Assembly: GCF_001194135.2 (NCBI RefSeq)
Contig: NC_068990.1
Location: forward strand, 61,881,217 to 61,944,752
Reading direction: 5' to 3'
DNA: 63,536 nt
Source of the DNA: Octopus bimaculoides
Lineage: Eukaryota
Program-made: the position numbers and the translations under genes
Part shown: one piece after another, positions 53,809 to 63,536 of the stretch
Layout of the letters: each line of letters begins with the position of its first letter
Position numbering within the stretch: position 1 is the stretch's first letter
Notes under the pieces: generated by a model
Databases searched by the model: none
Told to the model about the DNA's origin: nothing
What the model saw: only the letters and a program-made list of their open reading frames with translations

Positions 53809-54569
53809 ATCTAATTATAAATGATGTTGTCTTCAATGTTATTTTAGTACTAGGTCAGCCTTATTTGAACAAACTAATAGCCATGGCCAAACCAACTAGG
53901 TCTTATTTCTTTTTTGCTGCTGAATAATACTTCTTAGAATTAAATTATCCCTCTTAACCCTAGTATGGGTGGGGACGTGTGACTGCTACTTCTCATAAGT
54001 TGTATCTCCACATAGCTGTATCTTAGCTAAATGATGTTGTGTCTTATTAAAAGGTGTACACAAAATATTTTTATAGAATACCTCGAGTGACAAGTGCAAA
54101 ATGATTACATTCTATTATGGATATGATGTTTGTATACTGGATTACCTTTCCATTAAAATATACCAAGAATAAAGGTAGAAAAAAAACATACATATACACA
54201 CACACATACACATGTATGTATGTATGCATGTATGTAGGTATATACATACTGCATATCTTTGGCACTGACATTATAGTTACAATTATACATTTAGACAAAC
54301 ACAAATGCAGAGGGGAGAAAAAAAAAGAGCAATTCATTCTAGTTGTTCTGCTTTACAAAGGAATGTCAGGTACTATCAGTGAAAAAAGCCATTGATATGA
54401 TGTTTCCTGTCACACACAGTCAAATTATCACATTATTAAATTATAACATTGTTTTTAACATTCTACTGCACAGCTTCGATTTTCTTTTTGTTTTTTTGTT
54501 ATACAGGGATGATGACTTCACAGTCGTCAATGTGTGATGTGTGTATGCACATTACATACAATATATATA

Positions 54570-55325
54570 TATAATTCTTAAACAAGAATATTATTGACAG
54601 TAACTTTGAAGTTTTCGTTAGTTAAGCCATTGTTGGACTGCGATGAATTTGAAGTTAATCTTGGCTTTATAGTCTCTGTTGAGTTAAAACCTTGGGTATA
54701 TAGGTTTGATTGTAGTGGTTTTAGGTTTTAGGATGGGTTGTTATGGAGTGGTGCTTTGGAGAAATTTTTAATGATTAAATTTAGAGTTATATTATTATTC
54801 GGAATTTATCCATGTATGTAGAACTTTGCAAGCAAGTGTGCATATTTAGGTGTGTTCCTTTCAGTAAGATGTATCAGTAATTTAGTTATCTTTGGTTTTA
54901 GTCCTTTGCTTTGAGAATGTAAAGGTCAAATGTACAAAGTCCAGAATTTAAAACCTTTGTAATTGGGTGTGTCAACTTGTTTTGTAATCTAATTCTTTTA
55001 GGGGTTAACAAAGGAATGTAAGTAGGTGATATTTTTAAACTGGTCAGCTTCTTTATTCGTTGTTATTTAGGGTATTTCCTGTTTTTATTTGTAAGATGAG
55101 GGGTTATTAGTTCGACATGCCATGATGTGGTTAGTATAAAAACATCTCTCCATAATAACCCTAAAACCTAATAACCACTCCACTCAAATGCATATGCCCA
55201 AGGAAGATTTTAACTCAACAAATATAAAACCAAGATCTACTTCAATGCATCACAGTCTGACAATGGTCTGACTGGCCAAAACTTGAAGTCAATGCCAATA
55301 ATATTCTTGTTTGAGAATAATAAAT
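54570..55325. mobile_element. Penelope-like element relic with inverted pLTR-like repeats
   Basis: About 190-bp diverged inverted repeats (54570-54770 and 55140-55325), each with a decayed hammerhead. The minus-strand interior gives broken peptides (YLHSFVNP*KN*, KGTPKYAHLLAK) resembling the GIY-YIG C-terminus. Confidence 0.6.
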
Positions 55326-55544
55326 TTGTACTCAACAAATACATAGAGTAACCCATAATATTAATGTAAAATTGATTTTATTATAACTGAACATAAAAAC
55401 AAACATTATGACAGAGGGAGAGAGAGTTTTTTCAGTATCTCAGTAATGAAGTAGAGTCAAGAGACTGAGTCTTATATACTCGATGAAAGACTCTATTTGC
55501 AAGCTCTTTTTCTGTCATGCAAAGTTACTTAACAACTTCATTAG

Positions 55545-55748
55545 AGCCAGTGACACATAAAAAAAAGCACCCTGCAACACAGTCAAATGGAAAGAGCATT
55601 AGGAAGAGCATCCAACCACAGAAACCATGCCAAACCAGGCAACTGGAGCTCGATGCAGCCTTGCGGATCACTGGGTCCTCTCACCCCCAGCGAACCCAAG
55701 GCAGCATAGAAAACAAATGTTAAATGATGATGATGACGATGATGATGA
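55545..55748 (+). mobile_element. SINE family D
   Basis: Homolog with (GAT)n tail. Confidence 0.75.
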
Positions 55749-56038
55749 TTAACTTTAGTAATATATTTGTGGTGGTGTACTCTCAGACAGCATGGTTAAG
55801 TTGCTGGTATTGTGGATGCACAGTTGAATATAGGTTAGATCAGTGCAAGAAATTGATATTCACTAAATGACAAGATAATAATAAGTGATATATGTAAAAT
55901 AACACATAACAACCCCATAATTCTGACACCAAAGAAAAGAAAAGAAAAAGAAAAAAAAAACAAAAACAAAGCAAAACATGTAATAACATCTGAAAGTATT
56001 GTATTAACACTGACATCAAATGTTCATCACTGTAAAGA

Positions 56039-56069
<31 letters not shown>

Positions 56070-56572
56070 CCAAAAAATATAGCATAATCATAAAGACAAA
56101 ATATATAGTAATAACCACCACCACCACCACCGCAACAACAACAACAATAAACAAACAATACAAACAAATAGGAATACAAGGCAATAATCAGAAGCCATAG
56201 ATGATAGCATGAAAATGTTTAATCATCCAGCAGGGAGGCCTTATTAGAGAATTTTGAAACCTCAGTAACATTTGATAGGGAAAAATAAGACAACTACAAC
56301 CTTAAACTTGAACAATATTATCTCAGCAGGTTCCTAGAGCATGTAGGGGATTGATTAGCAAAGAATTCTGATTTATTGTTTGGCTTGTTTTTTTCTTTCT
56401 TTCTTTCTTATTTTTTTACACTTTGTTTTTTCCTTTTCTTTTTCTTTTTTTTTTTAGAGAAGTTTTGTTTCTATCACATGTCATCACATTAATCGGTTGG
56501 GAATATAAATGAAGGAGTAAAGTGATGATTTATCTCTACTATCCTGTTAGAGGTAAAATATTACAGCTGCAT

Positions 56573-56575
56573 ATA

Positions 56576-56638
<63 letters not shown>

Positions 56639-57170
56639 NNNNNNNNNNNNNNNNNNNNNNNNNNNNNNNNNNNNNNNNNNNNNNNNNNNNNNNNNNNNNN
56701 NNNNNNNNNNNNNNNNNNNNNNNNNNNNNNNNNNNNNNNNNNNNNNNNNNNNNNNNNNNNNNNNNNNNNNNNNNNNNNNNNNNNNNNNNNNNNNNNNNNN
56801 NNNNNNNNNNNNNNNNNNNNNNNNNNNNNNNNNNNNNNNNNNNNNNNNNNNNNNNNNNNNNNNNNNNNNNNNNNNNNNNNNNNNNNNNNNNNNNATATAT
56901 ATATACATATACATACATATACATACAGACACACATACACATAATACATGTATATGTAATATTTATACATACACACACACATACATGTACACAGACATTC
57001 ATACAAATGTATACATATATATACATGTATAGATACATATTTATACATATTATACCCATATACATACATGTGTATATGTGTGTGTATATACATATAAACA
57101 GATATATATACACATGTGTGTTTATATCTCTCTCTCTCTCTCTCTCTCCATACACGTTTATGTATATAGA
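56573..57170. repeat. Compound (TG)/(TA)/(CA)/(CT) microsatellite spanning a gap
   Basis: Direct inspection; N-run at 56639-56894. Confidence 0.9.
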
Positions 57171-57560
57171 TTGAGGGGATAATTATAATTCTGATGATCA
57201 CCTCATTAGCATATCATGCAGGTTCCCGGCTAGTATAGTATTCCAAAACTGAAGGTAGATCGGTAAGATTTCCACTGATACAAAGGCGGCATTCTTCTCA
57301 ACGCCAAGGCAAGATCCAAATAGGCTTAACATAAGCTGTACAGAGTGAGTAGTAAAAATAATGATTTAAATGAGGAAAGGAGAAGTAATATCGACATTAC
57401 AATGTGTATACATGTATATGTATATATACACATTATGGCATATATATAAATATATATATATACATATATACATATACAATATATATATACATATATATAA
57501 AAGTCTGTCATACCGGCCATGACGAAGGGAAATAGCCCTGAAACTCGAGTCGCCTTTATA
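57170..57560 (+). mobile_element. Penelope-like 3' fragment ending in a hammerhead motif
   Basis: Non-SINE segment between (TA)n tracts; decayed ORF-end-like sequence followed by the minimal hammerhead at 57515. Confidence 0.45.
57515..57554 (+). ncRNA. Minimal type I hammerhead-like motif (variant core)
   Basis: GGC C-A-TGACGA AGGG AAATAG CCCT GAAA C TCGA G TC GCC. Perfect stems I and II, palindromic ACTCGAGT stem III, GUC triplet; one extra A in the CUGANGA box. Confidence 0.65.
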
Positions 57561-57892
57561 TATATATATTTATATTTATATATTTATATATTTGATCCTT
57601 TATATTGAACACTCAATATTTCATCTACATTCAATACTTTCTTTCATGGTGCCATCCATGTTTATTTTATTTTATTTTATATTGTATATTGTATATTATA
57701 TTATATATTGTATATTCCATATTCTATACCCCACATTAGTTCTGCAGGAATATAAATAAAACATAAAAAACAGACAATGTTGGAACTCTTTTAAGCAAAA
57801 TAATATATTCCTCTATACACAATCATACAAAAAACCCCACCTTTTTTGTATTTATTTTTACTCGCATATATATATATATATAGATAAATAGA

Positions 57893-58300
57893 TATAGGTG
57901 CAGGCATGGCTGTGCTAAGAATCTTACTTCCCAACCACATGGTTCTGGAATTAGTCCCACTGCATGGCACCTTGGGCAAGTGTCTTCTACTATAACCTCA
58001 GGCCGACCAAAGCCTTGTGAGTGGATTCAGTAGACAGAAACTGAAAGAAGCCCATCATATATATGCATATGTGAGTGCTTGTGTGTGTGTAAGTGGGGGG
58101 GGGTGTCTTTGTTTCCCCATCACTGCTTGACAATTGATATTGGCATGTTTATGCTCCTGTAACTTAGAAGTTCAGCAAAAGAGACTGATAGAATAAGTAC
58201 TAGGCATAATAAATAAGTCCTGGAGTTGATTTGTTTGATTAAAATCCCTGAAGGTGTTGCTCCAGCATGGCTGCTGTCAAACGACTGAAATAAGCAAAGG
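57893..58300 (+). mobile_element. SINE family A
   Basis: Full-length homolog. Confidence 0.85.
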
Positions 58301-58761
58301 AATATAAATACACACACACACACACACACATATACATATTTCCACATAAAGCACATAAAGGACATATGCATCATAATCATTGTTTTAATGTCCACTTTTC
58401 CATGTTAGTTTGGGTCAAATGGAATCTATTGAAGAAAATCCTTGTATAGCAGGATGCCAATCCTGTCGTGAATGGCTTACATTTGTCCAAGCAAGTTAAT
58501 TTCTCTTTGGCCAGAAATATTTTCCACAGAAGGCTGGAAACTAACGCCCCACTTGTATGACAGTGATGCTCATTTACAGCCATCATGTCTTGTCAAGACA
58601 ACAGTACATATGAACAGACAGTTTGTGTGTGAATGTATAGATTGTTTGAGGTGGTGTACAGCTCTTATATATTAAGAAAAAGGAAGGCAATCAGAATTTA
58701 GATAAGAACCATTGATTGTTTTCACCCCTTTGTGGGGGTTCATCATGATTATATATAAAGA

Positions 58762-59020
58762 CATCCTTCAGTCATGAATGACCATGATATTGCACTTAGA
58801 ATGTTCCCCTCCGAGGAACAAGTCCAGGCAAGGTTGTTTATGGAATACCAGCAGTTGTGCATGCATACCAACCTCTTCTCACCATGCCACCAATGTTATC
58901 CAAGAGAAAGACAAAGGCCAGCACAGCTTGGCACCTGTGACGTCGCAACTCATTTCTACGGTTGGGTGAACTGGAGCAACGTAAAATAAACTGCCTCGCT
59001 CAACAACACAACACACTCCA
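58762..59020 (-). mobile_element. SINE family C
   Basis: Homolog of 10100-10435. Confidence 0.8.
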
Positions 59021-59089
59021 TATGTTAGGTAGGTAAATTTAAACAGCAATAATGCAGAGCTTCAGCTTAAATCATGCTGAGAGCAAGAC

Positions 59090-59449
59090 AACCTTTATAG
59101 TGCTGGTGCTATGAAAAACAACGAAACTGGAATATTTTGTAAAGTGGTTGGTGCTCAGAAAGACATCCAGCCATAGAAACCATGCTATAATGGAGAGCAG
59201 ACAATCCACACTGTGAAGTGGTTGGCATTTGGAAGCTGTAAGAACCATGCCAAAACTAACCTCACTTGTGTTGGTGCCACATAAAAAGCACTCAGAACAT
59301 TCTGCAGGGTGGTTGGTGTCATGAAGAGCATCCAGCCGTAAAAACCATACCAAAAACAGACACAGTAACCCGATGTAGTCTTCTACCTGGCTGCCTCCTG
59401 TCAAACCGTCCAACTCATGCCATCATGTAAGACGGATGTTAAACAATGA

Positions 59450-59455
<6 letters not shown>
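59090..59455 (+). mobile_element. SINE family D with a duplicated internal unit
   Basis: Repeated GTGGTTGGTG..AG.AAG.CATCCAGCC.TA.AAACCAT units, then tail. Confidence 0.75.
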
Positions 59456-59496
<41 letters not shown>

Positions 59497-59889
59497 TATG
59501 CATATGTGTTTGTATGTATGTACACATATAAGTATATACATGTATATATCACACACACGCACACATTCCATGCGTAATCATGAGTGTGTGTTTGTGTGCA
59601 ATGATAAAGTTAGAGGAGTGTTAGCTAAGGATTTCCTAAGTCTCTGTAACTTCCTCCAAGTTCTGAAAGAGCTGAGAGGAATAAAGCTATTTGAGCAGAG
59701 AAGAGACAAGCAAAGATATTAATTGAGGGTTTAACCTTTTTGGACAGAGGATATGCATACACAAACTCATTTAAACATTCAATGACACACACAGAAGCAC
59801 ACACACACACGTACAGCCATGCATGCACATGCTACAGATCCCTTCCATGATCTTTTGCTCTATTATTACTATTATTATTATTATTATTA

Positions 59890-60019
59890 TTATTATATTT
59901 TAATATTTGTGCATTTATGTCACTGCATGCGTGCGTGTGTGCGACAAATACTATTTTAATATGAGAGTGTGTCAGGATATGTATATATGTCACACACATA
60001 CATATATACATGTGTGTAC

Positions 60020-60056
<37 letters not shown>

Positions 60057-60063
60057 CACATGT

Positions 60064-60122
<59 letters not shown>

Positions 60123-60203
60123 CACACACATACATATGTACATATATATATATGTATACTACACACATGTACATATATATACACACATATATATATAGCA
60201 CAC

Positions 60204-60280
<77 letters not shown>

Positions 60281-60390
60281 TGCATATGTACATATATACA
60301 TACATGTATATATACATGCACAAACACACATATATATACATGTATACACACACATTATAGAATGTGTGTATGTGTGTGTGTGTGAGTGTA
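59890..60390. repeat. Compound (TA)/(CA)/(TG) microsatellite
   Basis: About 500 bp of nearly pure purine-pyrimidine alternation. Confidence 0.95.
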
Positions 60391-61344
60391 ACTGATGATA
60401 ACGATTCTAGACTGCAGCTGCTGCCAGTGACAAATGCCAGGCCTGTGGCAGGAAGCTGTGGTCACATGATAAGACAGGAAGTCAGATATAACATCACACA
60501 TTATGTTTTATTCTATCCATATAAAATAGACTTTTAAATGTAACCAGCACAAACTGATCCGTACAATCTCATTCACCCCTCACTCAATCTATCTCAAATC
60601 AACCAATCTCTCCTTCTCTCTCTCTCTCTCGTCCCTGTCTCTGTCAGTCTGTTTGTCTGTCAGTCTCTCCCTCTTGTCGGCATCTCTGCAATACAAGCAG
60701 TCATACCATCCAATAATCAAATGCTGTGTTATACTAAATGATTTCAGATTAGCTCCGATTGAAATCGATTGCTCAGCGCGTTGTTGGCCTCCCTTTAGCC
60801 ATGTATAACTAAACAATAGGTCAACGTTATAAATAGTCCAACAACAAACCAGTCCAGTACACATACTCACACTTTCTACTGTTATGGTTACGCATGATTC
60901 TTAACAACTCAAAAGAACTTGGGATTTTTTTTTTTTGGTTTTTGTTTTGCTTGTTTATCTGTTTGTTTTTTGTTTTATTCGTTTGCATTAAATTTTTTTC
61001 TTTTTTTTTTACGTCAGCCATTGTTTTTTTTTGTTGTTTTTCTTTCAGTTTATTTATATATTTTTTTTTTATGCACTGTAGTCTGATGGTGGATTGTTCT
61101 TAAGATGAAGAAAATAGGAAAAAAAAAACAAAACAAAAACAAGAACAAAATAATCAATAAAATTAAACTATATGAACGAACTAAATAACGAGACAAATAG
61201 GAAGAGAGGGGGAGAGAATGGGAGAGATAGGCAGACCAAAAATAAAAAAAACAAAAAGAGGAGACATCAAGACATGTTTGAGTTCATTATTGTAATGGAA
61301 TTAAGGAGACATTCTTTCAGCAATGGTTTGTGTCAAACATGGTA

Positions 61345-61700
61345 TTTGCTGTGTGGCTGTGTGGTAAGAAGTTTGCTTTTCAACAACATGGTTCTGGGTT
61401 CAGTCCCATTGAATGGTTCCTTGGTAAAGTGTTCTAATATAGTCTTGAAAGAAGACTGTCACATACATTTGTGTGTGTGTATGTGTTTCTCCCCTAACAC
61501 TGCTTGACACTGTTTGGTGTATTTACACCCCTGTAACTTAGCAGTTTGGCAAATAGAGACCAATAGAATAAGTACCAGACTAAAAAAAAATGAAATCAAG
61601 TACTGAGGTTGGTTCAACTGGTTACATTTCTTCAAGGCAGTGCCCCAGCAGGGCCACAGTCTAACGACAGAAAACAAGCAGAAGATAAAAGAGAAAAGAT
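61345..61700 (+). mobile_element. SINE family A
   Basis: Homolog with an internal deletion. Confidence 0.8.
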
Positions 61701-61957
61701 ATACAGACATCTTGCATTGAATTGTAACATTTCAGTAAACCACCCATAACATTCACCAATGTAAGGATAACAAAACAAAAAAAAAAACAATAGTGAGATT
61801 GTCGGGTGGGAGCAGTGGGGTAGACAGTCTTGTGGTTTGAGTTAAACCAAGAGCTATGAAATTTAAGAACATTTGATATTTAAATATTATCATTTAGAGA
61901 GTTTTGCTTCAATCATCCTGCTTTTAAGTACTGTTCTTATCCCTATTCAAATTTAAA

Positions 61958-62225
61958 GGTGGTAGTGGTGGTGGTGGTGGTGGTGGTGGTGGTGATGATG
62001 GTGGCAGTGGCAGTCATGTTGGTAGTGGTAGTAGCAGTGGATGTTAGTGATTGGTGGCATTAATGGTATTGGTTTGTAGTAACAGCATGTGTGTGGTGGG
62101 CTTTTAGGTAGTGGCAGAGGTGATATTGCAGATGGTGGACGTTTGCTGGGTGGAAGAGCAATGCTGTTTGCAATGATGGTGATGGTACTAGTGATTGCAG
62201 CAGCAGTGACAGCAGCAACAGCAGT
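61958..62225. repeat. (GTG)n and (GCA)n trinucleotide-rich low-complexity tract
   Basis: GGTGGTGGT run followed by degenerate GTA/GCA triplets. Confidence 0.85.
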
Positions 62226-63044
62226 TTCCAAGCACAGCAGAGTCTGCAGAAGAGGTCAAGTCTAATAATGGAAACGCTGTGTAACAGTTGCAATTCTCTG
62301 GAAACTTATTGCTGCCTATTTTTGACATGCCGCACACAAAGGGCATTAACCACTTGTCTACAAGTCCAGTCTATTAAACTCTGCTCAGAGAAGGTCTGGT
62401 TTCATTATTAATCTATTTGAAGTTTAATATATTTTATCTTGCTTTACTCCACACCAATACGGTCAAGATTTAATATATACTATCTTGCTTCAATCAGCAG
62501 CAATATGGTCACGTTTTAATTTTTATTTCTTTTGGTTCAGATTTCAATTGTTGGCAAAGTTTAGCCTTTCATCCCTCCAGGATAAGTCTCAATACCATAC
62601 TAAGCTGTTGTTGTTGTTATCAGTATTGTGTAGATTAGGTTCAACGCTGACTGGGCAGCCATTTGGTATGGAAGAAGTCAGCAGTGGCTCACCAGGCTTT
62701 CAGTTACAGACCTGATGTACTAGCAATTATACTATGCCCCTTATACATACATACATACATACATACACAAACACGTGTCTGTATATGTATACATATACAC
62801 TTTATTTGTAGGTTAACATGGCAACCAATGGTTTCATATCAAAAGGTCTTTACAATTTTTCAAACACACTACATAGAAGTGTTGGTGCTTGTCTCAATTT
62901 TGGATGAGGTTACACGAGACTGAACAGGATTTCAAAATAAATACGGATCATGGGAGGTTACTTATAAGAATACACACACACACACACTACATTGTACACA
63001 TTTACATACAGTAATGAATCACATGCTGCAGTTTGGATATCTTT

Positions 63045-63255
63045 TATTTTTTACTTGTTTCAGTCATACAACTGTGACTATGCTGCGGAATCACTCTGAA
63101 GGGTTAAGTCAAACAAATCAACCACCTCCATACTTATTTTTAAGTCTAGTACTTATTCCATCAGTTTCATTTGCTGATCAGTTACAGGGGCATAGACAAA
63201 CCAACTCTGCTTGTCAAACAGTGGCAGGGAAAAACACAAGGAAACACACACAGAC
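63045..63255 (-). mobile_element. SINE family A, 3' half
   Basis: Homology to the family 3' region. Confidence 0.75.
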
Positions 63256-63536
63256 ATATACATACATATATATATATAATATAGATTTAATCAAAAGATT
63301 AAATGTGGTACTTAAAATGTTTGAGGCACCAGAATTTGGTAGGATAAAAACCAAAAACAAAATCAAGAGATTTGGTGAATAAAATTTGAAGTTAAGCAAC
63401 AAAAATTCAATAGGTTATAGCAGTACGTACGTTTCGTACAAGCTCCATTTATTCATGTAGTGAGAACACTACAGAAAATACAATGAAAATGTACTCCTCA
63501 GCTGTATAAAGGAATTTCATTTTAGAAAGTCATTTT

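Larger units (their letters stand above)
13902..56894. other. Ten assembly gaps: 13902-13979, 15254-15617, 16516-16653, 18022-18631, 20589-20598, 27230-27424, 28364-28662, 42671-42684, 43495-43658, 56639-56894
   Basis: N-runs, mostly bordered by (TA)n or poly-A. Confidence 0.99.

Noticed and set aside
54715-54735. TTTTAGG units resembling telomeric repeat
   Set aside because: Only two units, inside the Penelope-like repeat; not a TTAGGG array.
59832-60395. Long YI/HT/CV-rich ORFs here and at 27113-27514, 43419-43849 and 56522-57201
   Set aside because: Translations of dinucleotide microsatellites or N gaps; not genes.
63420-63460. GAAAC-GTAC-GTA hammerhead-like half on the minus strand
   Set aside because: No credible CUGANGA box or stem I/II.

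Overview
AT-rich eukaryotic genomic DNA from a gapped draft assembly (10 N-runs, most next to (TA)n or poly-A). The repeat content strongly suggests Octopus; this is inferred from recognising the repeats, not from a database search. No conserved protein-coding gene could be named. Most of the window is intron-like or intergenic DNA filled with several SINE families (>40 copies), piggyBac-, mariner- and hAT-like MITEs, 5'-truncated LINE ends (R4/Dong-like, L1/Tx1-like, decayed CR1-like), Penelope-like relics and many microsatellites. Nearly all ORFs in the supplied track are artefacts of microsatellites, SINEs or gaps; only two are real, and both are retrotransposon C-termini. Three short phase-compatible candidate exons on the minus strand (42173-42147, 39720-39650, 34372-34288) may be the 3' end of an unidentified host gene. 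The most notable signal is a set of hammerhead-ribozyme motifs in at least four unrelated short elements sitting in (TA)n tracts. One of them (50347-50406) has a fully canonical core and shows stem I covariation with a paralog at 21705-21763.
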